A stretch of DNA of 64,000 nt, taken from Candidatus Aphodoplasma sp. GTDB lineage: Bacteria > Bacillota > Clostridia > UBA1381 > UMGS1253. The position numbers were made by a program, and so were the translations under genes. Within the stretch, counting starts at the first letter, position 1. Every line of letters starts with the position of its first letter. Positions 10,814 through 20,574 of the stretch are shown piece by piece. A model generated the notes under the pieces. The model had not been told where the DNA came from, searched no databases, and was given only the letters and a program-made list of their open reading frames with translations. The DNA lies in assembly GCA_045541115.1 (NCBI GenBank), contig JAZQIM010000012.1, positions 27,147-91,146 of the forward strand, read 5' to 3'.

Positions 10814-10843
10814 CATTATGTCCGAAAAAAAGATAATATATAC
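10814..10843 (-). promoter_or_regulatory. sigma-F/G-type promoter
   Basis: GTATA-15 bp-GGACATAATG fits GYWTA-N15-GGnnAnAHTR. Confidence 0.6.
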
Positions 10844-10889
10844 AATATTTTATAAAAATTTTTGTATCATGAAATAGATTCGTTTGATA

Positions 10890-10918
10890 TTGACTTTTCG
10901 GGCTATTTTTGTTATAAT
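10890..10918 (+). promoter_or_regulatory. sigma-A promoter of tRNA-Arg
   Basis: TTGACT-17 bp-TATAAT with TG. Confidence 0.75.
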
Positions 10919-10932
10919 TCTTTAAGAAAAAT

Positions 10933-11007
10933 GCCCTCTTAGTTAAATGGATATAACAGACCCCTCCTAAGGGTCAGTTACGTGTTCGATTCACGTAGAG
11001 GGTGCCA
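10933..11007 (+). tRNA. tRNA-Arg(CCT)
   Basis: Cloverleaf: acceptor GCCCTCT/AGAGGGT, anticodon arm GACCC-CTCCTAA-GGGTC, GTTCGATTC, encoded CCA. Confidence 0.97.
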
Positions 11008-11009
11008 GC

Positions 11010-11046
11010 AAATCCGCATTATACGCGAGTGTAATGCGGATTTTTA
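11010..11046. terminator. Terminator between tRNA-Arg and murA
   Basis: AAATCCGCATTATAC...GTGTAATGCGGATTTTTT. Confidence 0.8.
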
Positions 11047-11070
11047 TGTTTTTGCAAAATCTCTTTGCAT

Positions 11071-12336
11071 TTATGTTTGGGAGATTTTTTCGATTTTTGC
11101 GCCTACGCTTTTTAACTTTTCTACGATGTCGCAGTATCCGCGTTCAATGTGCCAGATGTCGCCTATTTCCGTATCGCCTTTTGCACTAAGTCCTGCAATA
11201 ATTAAGGCGGCACCTGAGCGAAGGTCGGTCGCTTTTACTTTTGCACCGCTCATTGAGCGCACCTCGTCAATTAAGGCGCATCGGCCGTCAATTTTTATGT
11301 GTGCGCCCATACGTACGAGCTCCGGCACATATAAAAACCGATTTTCAAATATTGTTTCGGTAATTGTGCCACAGCCGTCACATATGCTCATAAGAGATGC
11401 CATCTGTGCCTGCATGTCGGTGGGAAAGCCCGGGTATGGAAGCGTTTTAATGTCTACACATTTTAACTTGCCTGACGCATCAATGTGTATAAAATCTTTT
11501 CCGTCTTCAATTACAGCGCCCATTTCCCGAAGTTTTGCGCTTACGGGTTTTAGATGTTTTGGGGTAACATTTTTAATATCCAATATGCCGTGTGTTGCTG
11601 CCGCTGCAACCATAAAAGTTCCCGCTTCGATCCTGTCGGAGATTACCTTGTAATCACAGCCTTTTAACTCACTAACTCCATTTATGCAAATTGTATTTGT
11701 GCCTTCGCCTGAAATTTTTGCGCCGCATTTGTTAAGAAATTTTGCCAGATCAACAATTTCGGGCTCTGTTGCCGCATTTTCAATTATAGTCTGTCCGTCT
11801 GTAAGCGTTGCAGCCATCATAAGATTTTCTGTTGCACCTACGCTTGGAAAGTCAAGATAGATTTTTGCACCGTAAAGCTTTTCGGCTTTTGCTTCAACGA
11901 ATCCATGACCCATGCTTACTTTTGCACCGAGAGCGCTAAAGCCTTTTAAATGCAAATCGACGGGTCGCTGACCTATGGGACATCCGCCTGGAAGACTTAT
12001 GCGAGCACGGCCAGTCCTTGCAAGAAGCGGTCCCATGACGAGAAAAGAGGCTCTCATTTTGCTTACAAGTTCATACGGTGCTATATGGCTTTTTATTTTT
12101 TTAGTAGATATAGTAATTTCGTTGTTGTTTTGCGAAATGTTTGCGCCAAGGCTTTCGAGAAGAGAACACATTAAATTTACATCGCTAAGAGATGCCACAT
12201 TTTTGATTCGGCAGTCGCCGTTACACAAAAGTGACGCGGCAAGTATTGGAAGCGAGGCATTTTTTGAACCGTTTACAGATACAGAGCCTGAAAGTGGAGG
12301 CGATTTTTTTACAATAATTTTTTCCAAAATATTCAT
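11071..12336 (-). CDS. murA: UDP-N-acetylglucosamine 1-carboxyvinyltransferase
   Basis: GSKNA, LPGGCPIGQRP, PSVGATEN, PGFPTDMQ, ATDLR. Confidence 0.97.
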   Translation of the reverse strand: MNILEKIIVKKSPPLSGSVSVNGSKNASLPILAASLLCNGDCRIKNVASLSDVNLMCSLLESLGANISQNNNEITISTKKIKSHIAPYELVSKMRASFLVMGPLLARTGRARISLPGGCPIGQRPVDLHLKGFSALGAKVSMGHGFVEAKAEKLYGAKIYLDFPSVGATENLMMAATLTDGQTIIENAATEPEIVDLAKFLNKCGAKISGEGTNTICINGVSELKGCDYKVISDRIEAGTFMVAAAATHGILDIKNVTPKHLKPVSAKLREMGAVIEDGKDFIHIDASGKLKCVDIKTLPYPGFPTDMQAQMASLMSICDGCGTITETIFENRFLYVPELVRMGAHIKIDGRCALIDEVRSMSGAKVKATDLRSGAALIIAGLSAKGDTEIGDIWHIERGYCDIVEKLKSVGAKIEKISQT

Positions 12337-12507
12337 TCCTTATAGACATATTTGTATATTGTTATTTTTACCGATTCGTCATTTATAATACGAAAAAAAC
12401 TTTTCTTGCTCAGAACAAATTTTACTTCCGATTGCAATTCTTACATCGGCTCAAAAAGAATATTGTCTTAGCTTTGGTGGAAAATTAGAGGTGGGGAGTG
12501 TGAAGAA

Positions 12508-12705
12508 ATGAAAAGTCCAGTAGAAAGAAGAAAACGGCGATATGTAAGTGATTTTACAGATGAGGTAGATTTGCTTTATGCAATTTCAGCAAGCGACTGC
12601 ACGGGTCTTATACCGAGCATGCCGCACTATGAAGATGAGATGGAGTCATATAAGCAGGTGTACGATTTTGCGCCAGAGCCGGGCGAGCAAAAACAAACGT
12701 ATTAA
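12508..12705 (+). CDS. Small hypothetical protein
   Basis: RBS GGGGAG; SASDCTGLIP motif; followed by a hairpin at 12714-12735. Confidence 0.65.
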   Translation: MKSPVERRKRRYVSDFTDEVDLLYAISASDCTGLIPSMPHYEDEMESYKQVYDFAPEPGEQKQTY

Positions 12706-12749
12706 AAACAAAATGCGTGCCGAATCTGGCACGCAGAATACATAAAAGA

Positions 12750-13178
12750 TTATTTTAGCTTAAACAAGGCGACTCCGCCAATCATCAGAGCAATACCAAT
12801 GTATTTTGAAATGCCAAAGGCAAGCTTTTCGGAGCCAAAAAGACCAAAAGCATCAATAAGTGCTGCAACGAGAAGCTGAACGATGAGTATTGTACTTATT
12901 GCAAGCGTTGGATTAAGTTTTGAAATACCAAGCATGACGGTTATAGTGATTATAAGCCCGAGTACACCACCTAAAAGTGAATATTTTGGAGCATTTACGA
13001 TCTCGCGAAAATTCCCGCTGCCGATTATAAACATCGCTATAAGTGATAAAACAAAAGCGGTGCCTTGCACAAAGACATTTGATTCGTAAAGGCCTATCTT
13101 TTCTGACAGACGTGTGTTAAAAACGCCTTGTATGCTCATTGCTGCGCCGGCGATAGCGCTCATTATAAATCCAAACAA
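12750..13178 (-). CDS. DMT-family (YdcZ/DUF606) membrane transporter
   Basis: Q-x-x-x-N motif, LGGVLG, QL...IDAFGLFG; TTG start after GGAGG. Confidence 0.85.
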   Translation of the reverse strand: MFGFIMSAIAGAAMSIQGVFNTRLSEKIGLYESNVFVQGTAFVLSLIAMFIIGSGNFREIVNAPKYSLLGGVLGLIITITVMLGISKLNPTLAISTILIVQLLVAALIDAFGLFGSEKLAFGISKYIGIALMIGGVALFKLK

Positions 13179-13260
13179 GAAAATAACCTCCCTTATGAAT
13201 ATGTAAATAAGGGCAAAGCATTGCAGCAAATATGCAAGGATTTGCCCTAAAATTTTGTAC

Positions 13261-13431
13261 TTAACCCTTAACCTCGAAAGATTGACAGTCTGTGCACTGG
13301 CTCACAGTCGGGTTTGCTTCGTGAGTGCCTACCTGAATAGCTTCAAGTGAGCAGTAATTTTCGCTTTCGCAGTGATATCTGCACTGTGATACGGTGCAAC
13401 TTATTGAATGATTTGCTTTTGAACAAGCCAT
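13261..13431 (-). CDS. Cys-rich DUF1540-type small protein (56 aa; not in ORF track)
   Basis: MACSKANHSISCTVSQCRYHCESENYCSLEAIQVGTHEANPTVSQCTDCQSFEVKG; RBS AGGAGGTG; upstream GAATA-N15-GGACAATATA. Confidence 0.85.
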   Translation of the reverse strand: MACSKANHSISCTVSQCRYHCESENYCSLEAIQVGTHEANPTVSQCTDCQSFEVKG

Positions 13432-13551
13432 TTTATCACCTCCTTACAAGAATATATTGTCCGATTTAGATGTTTTTTATTCTAAAATAAATTGTCACCT
13501 ACTAAAAATAAGCATATAATATATATAAAGATGAATAAAGGAGCGTATAAT

Positions 13552-13764
13552 ATGGATTTAAAAAATAATCAGATAACAGTAGGCGAACTTATGAAAAATT
13601 CAAAAGCTAGGGCGGTGCTTGAACGTGAGTTTAAAGAGTATGCTCACTCACCAATGATTAAAATGGCATCAAGGATGACACTTTCAAAATTACTTGAGAT
13701 AGCTAAAAAGCATGTTGAGCCACAGCGTATAAAATCAGTTTTAAACGAGATAGAGAAACTATAG
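13552..13764 (+). CDS. Small hypothetical protein
   Basis: RBS AAGGAG before ATG 13552; ITVGELM...ARAVL motif. Confidence 0.7.
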   Translation: MDLKNNQITVGELMKNSKARAVLEREFKEYAHSPMIKMASRMTLSKLLEIAKKHVEPQRIKSVLNEIEKL

Positions 13765-14208
13765 AAGAGTCTTTTTTATATCACAAACAGTCTTTGCACC
13801 ACATTTGTTAAAAATATCTTTTGCTGCATCTTCACGCTCACTATCCGTTTTTAATCTTACTGTAAAATATGTTTCGTTTTCGATACAGGAAGACGGATTA
13901 TCCTGAGTTATATCAAGTCCCAGAACATTATCTTTGCGAGTGAGGTTGTCAAGTACAACGGATGCTGAAGCGTATATTGCGGGCTTTAGAGACGATGGCA
14001 GCTCATTTACTTCGCCCGTATTATTAAGAAAGCCTGTCGCGCTCCCGAGCGGTTTGTCACATGAATTTTCGTATGTTTGCCATGCAAGACTCTTGCCGCT
14101 GCTGAGAAGCTCAATATCTTCTATGTCATAATTATTTTCACATAATTTATCTATTGCATTTTGTGCTTCGTTTTCGCTTTGAAACGAAGCCTCTATTATT
14201 CTGTGCAT
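13759..14208 (-). CDS. Hypothetical protein (general-stress/spore-protein-like)
   Basis: RBS AAAGGA; F-x-S-x-x-x-A-x-x-A N-terminus and AKDIFNKCGA C-terminus. Confidence 0.6.
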   Translation of the reverse strand: MHRIIEASFQSENEAQNAIDKLCENNYDIEDIELLSSGKSLAWQTYENSCDKPLGSATGFLNNTGEVNELPSSLKPAIYASASVVLDNLTRKDNVLGLDITQDNPSSCIENETYFTVRLKTDSEREDAAKDIFNKCGAKTVCDIKKTLL

Positions 14209-14477
14209 AATAAGTCTTCCTTTCGTTTTAAAATTGTTTGCATTAGTATTATGTTTGGTATAAAAATTTTTAGACGTGGCATTTATAATATAAGATGGAA
14301 TATTCATGTTTTGATAGAAAAAATGTGAATAATATACAAAATGTTTCGAGATTTTTTGTGAAAAAATTATTGCGATAGATTTTTTTTAGTAGTATAATGA
14401 AACTGTTGTACAAAAAAGAAAATACGGTTTATTTTTTTGATATAAAAGGTAATTTTGAAAGATTTAAACAGTAAGGA

Positions 14478-15347
14478 ATGAACGATATGTACACTATAAA
14501 ACGAAAAGAAAAACTTAATAATACAGTTACGCTTATGGAGATAGAAGCACCATATGTCGCAAAAAAAGCGCAGGCAGGGCAATTTATAATTCTTCGTGTC
14601 GATGATGAGGGCGAGCGCATACCGCTTACTATTGCCGATTTTGACCGTGATAAAGGAAGCGTTACTATAATATTTCAGGTTGTGGGCGCGACTACAAAAA
14701 AGCTCGATGAAAAAAATGAAGGCGAATATATAGCAGATTTTGTAGGACCGCTCGGCACACCGACTCATACTGAAGGTTTAAAAAAGGTCGCTGTTATAGG
14801 TGGCGGCGTAGGCTGTGCGATAGCATATCCCGTTGCAAAAAAGCTTTCTGAGCAAGGATGCATCGTACATTCTGTTGTAGGCTTTAGAAATAAAGATCTC
14901 GTTATTTTAGAAGAGCAGTTTAACAAGGTAAGCGACGTTTTAAAGATAATGACTGACGACGGAAGCTATGGCGAGAAAGGACTCGTTACAAATGCATTAA
15001 AAGAGCTTATTGATAGCGGAGAGCAATACGACAGAGTAATTGCAATCGGTCCGCTTATTATGATGAAATTTGTGTGCAATCTTACAAGGGAATATGGAAT
15101 AAAGACGATCGTAAGCATGAATCCGATTATGATTGATGGCACGGGCATGTGCGGTGGCTGCCGTTTAAGTGTTGGCGGCGAAACGAAGTTTGCATGTGTA
15201 GACGGACCTGACTTTGATGGACATCTCGTTGATTTTGACCTTATGTTAAAACGCTCGGGTATGTATAAGGATTTTGAAAGACACAGCTATGAAAAAACGT
15301 GTAACCTGTTTAAAAGGAGGAATACAGATGGCGAACATGGCGAATAA
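14478..15347 (+). CDS. nfnA: Electron-bifurcating transhydrogenase small subunit (NfnA/SudB-like)
   Basis: GERIPLTIAD, GPLG, GGGVG, DGTGMCGGCR, CVDGPDF. Confidence 0.9.
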   Translation: MNDMYTIKRKEKLNNTVTLMEIEAPYVAKKAQAGQFIILRVDDEGERIPLTIADFDRDKGSVTIIFQVVGATTKKLDEKNEGEYIADFVGPLGTPTHTEGLKKVAVIGGGVGCAIAYPVAKKLSEQGCIVHSVVGFRNKDLVILEEQFNKVSDVLKIMTDDGSYGEKGLVTNALKELIDSGEQYDRVIAIGPLIMMKFVCNLTREYGIKTIVSMNPIMIDGTGMCGGCRLSVGGETKFACVDGPDFDGHLVDFDLMLKRSGMYKDFERHSYEKTCNLFKRRNTDGEHGE

Positions 15348-16716
15348 GAGAAACGAAATGCCTGCCCAGGATCCGAATGTGCGCAATCGTAATTTCGATG
15401 AGGTTGCGCTTGGATATACAAAAGAGCAAGCTATAGATGAAGCAAACAGATGTCTTAACTGCAAGAGTAAGCCGTGTGTAAGCGGATGCCCTGTTTCAAT
15501 TGATATACCCGCATTTATAGGTAAGGTAAAGGAAGGCGATTTTGAAGGAGCATATGAGATTATTACAAAGTCCAGCTCGCTTCCTGCAGTATGCGGAAGA
15601 GTATGCCCACAGGAAGTACAGTGCGAAAGTAAATGTGTGCGCGGCATAAAGGGCGAGAGCGTTGCAATTGGAAGATTGGAGCGTTTTGTGGCAGACTATC
15701 ATATGAAAAATTCAAAAAAAGAAGTAAAAAAGGTGCAAACAAACGGTCACAAGGTTGCGATTGTAGGCTCCGGTCCATCAGGACTCACATGTGCAGGCGA
15801 CCTTGCAAAGAGAGGATATGACGTAACTGTTTTTGAAGCACTTCATACAGCCGGCGGTGTTTTAGTATATGGAATTCCTGAATTTCGTTTGCCAAAAGAT
15901 ATTGTCAGAGAAGAAATAGATAATTTGCGAGAACTAGGCGTAAAAATTATGACTAATATGGTAATCGGAAAGGTGTTATCGATTGACGAGCTTTTTGACG
16001 ATGGATTTGAGGCTGTATTTATTGGCTCGGGAGCAGGACTTCCGAGATTTATGAATATCGAGGGTGAAAACTTAAACGGCGTATATTCTGCAAATGAGTT
16101 TCTGACACGTGTAAACCTTATGAAAGCGTATAAAGAAGGCGGCGCAACGCCGATTAAAAAGGTAAAAAATGTTGCGGTTGTCGGCGGTGGCAACGTTGCG
16201 ATGGACGCTGCCAGATGCGCAATAAGACTCGGTGCCGATAATGTATATATCGTTTATCGTCGTTCTGTTAACGAAATGCCCGCAAGGCGTGAAGAAGTGG
16301 AGCATGCCGAGGAGGAAGGCATTATCTTCAAAACGCTTAACAATCCGGTGCGCATTTTAGGTGATGAGAATGATTTTGTAGTTGGTATAGAGTGTGTAGA
16401 GATGGAGCTGGGCGAGCCTGATGCAACGGGAAGAAGAAAAAGCATCGCACGTGAAGGTTCAAATTATGTACTTGACGTTGACACAGTAATAATGTCAATC
16501 GGCACATCGCCGAATCCACTTATTAAAAATACCACAGAAGGTCTTGACACAGACTCTCGCGGTTGCATCGTTACAAAAGGCGAAGGCGGCCTCACATCAA
16601 AGCAGGGCGTATATGCCGGTGGCGATGCAGTTATGGGTGCAGCGACGGTTATTTTGGCGATGGGCGCAGGAAAAAGCGCTGCCGAAGCGATAGATGAATA
16701 TATTAAAAGCAAATAA
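15328..16716 (+). CDS. nfnB: NfnB / homotetrameric glutamate synthase-like subunit
   Basis: RCLNC, CGRVCPQE, GSGPSG, YGIPEFRLP, GGGNVAMD; paired with nfnA. Confidence 0.9.
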   Translation: MANMANKRNEMPAQDPNVRNRNFDEVALGYTKEQAIDEANRCLNCKSKPCVSGCPVSIDIPAFIGKVKEGDFEGAYEIITKSSSLPAVCGRVCPQEVQCESKCVRGIKGESVAIGRLERFVADYHMKNSKKEVKKVQTNGHKVAIVGSGPSGLTCAGDLAKRGYDVTVFEALHTAGGVLVYGIPEFRLPKDIVREEIDNLRELGVKIMTNMVIGKVLSIDELFDDGFEAVFIGSGAGLPRFMNIEGENLNGVYSANEFLTRVNLMKAYKEGGATPIKKVKNVAVVGGGNVAMDAARCAIRLGADNVYIVYRRSVNEMPARREEVEHAEEEGIIFKTLNNPVRILGDENDFVVGIECVEMELGEPDATGRRKSIAREGSNYVLDVDTVIMSIGTSPNPLIKNTTEGLDTDSRGCIVTKGEGGLTSKQGVYAGGDAVMGAATVILAMGAGKSAAEAIDEYIKSK

Positions 16717-16723
16717 TTAAACG

Positions 16724-16755
16724 AAAAAGACTTCCGATATATCGGAAGTCTTTTT
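16724..16755. terminator. Bidirectional terminator
   Basis: AAAAAGACTTCCGAT-AT-ATCGGAAGTCTTTTT. Confidence 0.9.
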
Positions 16756-16759
16756 AATA

Positions 16760-18451
16760 TTATTGGTTATTTTCGTTAAATACATTTTCTTTGAGCCACG
16801 CTAAACTTTGCGTAAAGTCTTTAGTTAATTCACAGCTGCGATAGTTAATTATCATTTCTCCATCGGCTGATAATTTTGCAGGATAAGGCTCAAGTCCTAC
16901 GGAGTAAATTCGCTCGTCATATTTGGCATAGACTAAATCTTCGTAGCTTATGTTTCGAAGGTCGTATTTATAAGCATCAAGAAAAGATTCGATTTGCTCT
17001 TTGTCTGAAATTCTTTTCGTTTTATAGCCGTACTGCTCGGGCTTATATGTATGTATGCTCATATCTACTATATCTTCGGCGTGAACCTTAAGAATGCCCA
17101 TGCCTTGCTCGCGCACAGATTCACTGTAAAAGAGCGGCTTTAAATAGGTTTCATAATCTCCTAAAGCATATTTATATGCGCGGCTCATTGTTTTTCCGTT
17201 TGAGAGTTTGTATGTAAATTTTAAAAAAGCGTCATACTCATTTGTCTCATTTTCTGTAAGGGCTTCGTGCATATTTCGAAGATTTAAAATGTCGTCTTTG
17301 TTAGATATTATTATGTCGGTATTATCCATAGCAGGAAGACCACTTTCTACGGTAATGCTTTCGATAGTATCGGTGATTGGCACACGTTTTTCAAAGCCTG
17401 TCACGTCATATTCTATTGCGCACCATATAAGACTCCAGATGATTACGCTTGCTAAAAGTCCTTTCCATGCGTGGTAGAATCTCCACGATTTTGATATAAG
17501 CATCTGTGCTAAAGCATAGCCGATTACGACAAATACAAGTGCTATGATTGACATCTGATTACGGCCTGTGATACCGGAGAAGAACAAGTAGCCGAAAATT
17601 GCAGCGCAAAACGTTACGCCATACTTAAATACAGGTCGCATAAAACGAAACGAAACGATGTCGCCGCCACTTTCGTTAGGGCGTTTTCTGTATACGATAA
17701 ATGCAAGCACGAAAAGTATGATGCCAAAAATAATGTAATATAAATTTAAATCGATGCAGTTAGAAAATATGCGCATCATCGGGAAGCTTGTGAGCCAATC
17801 GGGAACCATCGATTCGTGGTAACCGTGAACAAGCATCGCAAGAATCTCATTTATCGATACATAAAGCATGAGCGGCAGAAAGTGCACTATGTAAGTAAAT
17901 ACGATATGTGCGATTAAATTTCCTGTAAACATTCCTACAAATACGCTAAGCGAGAAGATGCAAAAGCAGATGCACACCGAATTTAGAAGCCAGGTAAATA
18001 TAACTGATGTGTCTAAAAAATTACCTATCGGCATTGATGCCTTAATAATAAAGATTATTACCGTATTAAGGATAAGAGGTATAAGAATAAGTATTAAAGC
18101 CGATATAAGCGAATTTGCAAAAAGGCGCAGTCTTGTAAACGGCAATCCGTGCATTACGGTCGATGATTTTTGCGAGTGCAAATATCTAAATACGAGCATG
18201 CCTATAAGCACGGGAAAAGATACGAGCATAAGGTTTGCAAAATCGCCGCCAAAGCGATGCATCATCGTAGAGTACGCGTCATTGGCTACTTGAGATGTGA
18301 GAGCATCGGTGTTTGTCGGAATTTCGAATGTCATCATTGAAAGGGGGAGCGCCAGAAACAAAAGCACGCTCCAGATTACACTGACCCAGCTGTATCGTTT
18401 TAAGTTCGATGAAATTAAACCTTTATTAAAGAATGACATCTTTGATTTCAT
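16760..18451 (-). CDS. ABC transporter permease (YtrC-like)
   Basis: Multiple transmembrane segments; FRYLH...HGLPFTR motif; downstream of ATPase. Confidence 0.85.
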   Translation of the reverse strand: MKSKMSFFNKGLISSNLKRYSWVSVIWSVLLFLALPLSMMTFEIPTNTDALTSQVANDAYSTMMHRFGGDFANLMLVSFPVLIGMLVFRYLHSQKSSTVMHGLPFTRLRLFANSLISALILILIPLILNTVIIFIIKASMPIGNFLDTSVIFTWLLNSVCICFCIFSLSVFVGMFTGNLIAHIVFTYIVHFLPLMLYVSINEILAMLVHGYHESMVPDWLTSFPMMRIFSNCIDLNLYYIIFGIILFVLAFIVYRKRPNESGGDIVSFRFMRPVFKYGVTFCAAIFGYLFFSGITGRNQMSIIALVFVVIGYALAQMLISKSWRFYHAWKGLLASVIIWSLIWCAIEYDVTGFEKRVPITDTIESITVESGLPAMDNTDIIISNKDDILNLRNMHEALTENETNEYDAFLKFTYKLSNGKTMSRAYKYALGDYETYLKPLFYSESVREQGMGILKVHAEDIVDMSIHTYKPEQYGYKTKRISDKEQIESFLDAYKYDLRNISYEDLVYAKYDERIYSVGLEPYPAKLSADGEMIINYRSCELTKDFTQSLAWLKENVFNENNQ

Positions 18452-19325
18452 ATCCAAGCCCTCCTAATTCATAAATAAAGATTTCCTCTAAAGTAAGAGG
18501 CAAAATATCGCATATAACGGGTGAGTACTCATTAACCGTTTCAATAAGTTTTTCTTTGTCGCCGCGAACAATCATAAGTGTTACACTGCCAAAGTCCGAT
18601 ATGTGCATCGGATTAAGCTTATTAATAAGCTCATCGCTGATTTTTTCGTTAAATGCAAGCTGCAATTTATGTACATCTGATTTTATATCATCAAGCTGCT
18701 TTTCGAGCACAACGCGACCTTTGTGCATAATACCTACGTGGTCGCAAACATCTTCGAGTTCACGAAGGTTATGAGATGAGATGAGCACTGTTGTATTTCG
18801 CTCGGAAACGTCCTGAAGTATCAGGCTCCACACTTTGCGGCGCATTACGGGGTCGAGACCGTCTACAGGCTCATCTAATATCATTACGTCAGGCATTGTG
18901 CATATTCCAAGCCAGAAGGCAACCTGTTTTTGCATACCTTTTGATAGTTTTTGCACACGCCTGTTTATGTCGATGTTAAAAATATCTTTGAGGTGATCAA
19001 AGCGTTCTTCGTTCCACAAAGGGTATACGCTTTTATAAAACTTTTTCATATCTTTTATTGTGTAAGACGGAAAGAAGAACAAATCGTCAGGGATATATAT
19101 TATTCTTTTTTTAACATTTATATTTTCGAAAACAACGCTGTCATCTACAAAAACGTCGCCTTCATTTTGCATCATAACGCCTGCAATATGTTTTATAACA
19201 GTTGTTTTGCCTGCTCCGTTTGGACCGACGAGTCCGTATACACAACCCTTTTTAATATACATATTAAGGTTATCAAGAGCAGTAAAATCATCAAATTTTT
19301 TAGTAAGATTACAAATTCTAATCAT
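18426..19325 (-). CDS. ABC transporter ATP-binding protein (YtrB-like)
   Basis: GPNGAGKTT, LSKGM, LDEPVDGLD, SSH. Confidence 0.95.
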   Translation of the reverse strand: MIRICNLTKKFDDFTALDNLNMYIKKGCVYGLVGPNGAGKTTVIKHIAGVMMQNEGDVFVDDSVVFENINVKKRIIYIPDDLFFFPSYTIKDMKKFYKSVYPLWNEERFDHLKDIFNIDINRRVQKLSKGMQKQVAFWLGICTMPDVMILDEPVDGLDPVMRRKVWSLILQDVSERNTTVLISSHNLRELEDVCDHVGIMHKGRVVLEKQLDDIKSDVHKLQLAFNEKISDELINKLNPMHISDFGSVTLMIVRGDKEKLIETVNEYSPVICDILPLTLEEIFIYELGGLGYEIKDVIL

Positions 19326-19701
19326 CGTTTTTGCCTCCTTTATTATATAATTTGTTTACATGTCGTGTTATATCGTCTATGTCTATGCCGCTGTTTTTAA
19401 GTTCATTGATTGTTTTGTCGAGCGTGCAAAAAAGATTATCGCAATGTTTTTTTAAAGTGGAGTTATCTATTTTTGCAACAAAATTTCCTTTTGCGCGTAT
19501 AGTGTAAATGTAGCCTTCAGATTCAAGCTCTCTGTATGCACGCTGGATAGTATTAGGGTTTATCGCAAGATGCGCCGAAAGCTCGCGCACAGACGGTAAT
19601 TTCACATCAGGCTTAAGCGCGTTTTTTAATATGAGTTGTTTTAGTTGTTGTTTTATCTGCTGATAAATTGGTTTGTTGTCATTGTGATTTAAGTGAAGCA
19701 A
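19318..19701 (-). CDS. GntR/YtrA-family regulator
   Basis: PIYQQI, LPSVRELS...INPNTIQRAY...G.GNFV; TTG start after GGAGG. Confidence 0.92.
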   Translation of the reverse strand: MLHLNHNDNKPIYQQIKQQLKQLILKNALKPDVKLPSVRELSAHLAINPNTIQRAYRELESEGYIYTIRAKGNFVAKIDNSTLKKHCDNLFCTLDKTINELKNSGIDIDDITRHVNKLYNKGGKNDD

Positions 19702-19719
19702 GATTAACACCTCCCGACA

Positions 19720-19775
19720 AACTGTATTAACTGTATTGATACAGTTATAATACCATATATTATATCAGGAGTCAA
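19720..19775 (-). promoter_or_regulatory. sigma-A promoter and YtrA-type operator
   Basis: Minus-strand TTGACT-17 bp-TATTAT; palindrome AACTGTATT-N9-GATACAGTT (19720-19746) at the predicted start site. Confidence 0.7.
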
Positions 19776-19889
19776 TATATTTATAAAAATTTTTAAGTAA
19801 ATATATAAATTTGTAAAAAATACTTGAAAACTGACACAATAAGTTATAAAATGTAGGAGGAAATAATAAGAAGTGAAGGTGTATATAAA

Positions 19890-20453
19890 ATGAAAAAGCA
19901 TTATACATTAAATGTAGCAGGTGTAACAAGAGATTTGCCACTTTGCAGGGTTAATGACGATTTATACATAGCAGCGTTTGTAATGTTTGGCGATGTAGAG
20001 ATTACAAAAGCGTGTGCGAGCGAGCTTTTAAAGCTTGCGCCGGAGCATGACATTATGATAACGGCTGAATCGAAGGGAATACCGCTTCTTTATGAAATGG
20101 CACGTCAGGCGGGCGAGAACAACTATATAGTTGCGCGAAAAGGACCAAAGCTATATATGGAAAACGTTATTTTTACAGAGGTTGATTCGATTACAACGCA
20201 GGCAAAGCAGCGACTCTGCATAGGTAAGAGCGAGGCTGATGCGATGCGCGGCAAAAGAGTACTTATTATAGACGACGTAATAAGTACGGGAGAATCGCTT
20301 GCTGCGATTGAAAAGCTTATAAACACAGTTGGTGGAAATATTGTCGGTAAAATGGCTGTGCTTGCCGAAGGCGATGCAATAAGCCGTGATGACATTACCT
20401 GCCTTGCACCGTTGCCGTTATTTAATTCTGACGGAAGCGAAAAAGAAATGTAA
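19890..20453 (+). CDS. Adenine phosphoribosyltransferase-family protein
   Basis: PRPP loop VLIIDDVISTGES; AESKGIP. Confidence 0.9.
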   Translation: MKKHYTLNVAGVTRDLPLCRVNDDLYIAAFVMFGDVEITKACASELLKLAPEHDIMITAESKGIPLLYEMARQAGENNYIVARKGPKLYMENVIFTEVDSITTQAKQRLCIGKSEADAMRGKRVLIIDDVISTGESLAAIEKLINTVGGNIVGKMAVLAEGDAISRDDITCLAPLPLFNSDGSEKEM

Positions 20454-20574
20454 AATTTTAAGAGATTGTATTTAAAAAATGCAATCTCTTTTTTTGTGTA
20501 AAAGCTGTTTTTAATCAATTAAATATGATATACTAATAACAGATTTTAAAACCGATACGGCGGAGGAGAAAACC

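Noticed and set aside
14320-14375. Rex operator upstream of nfnAB
   Set aside because: Only TGTGAA half-sites; no properly spaced palindrome.
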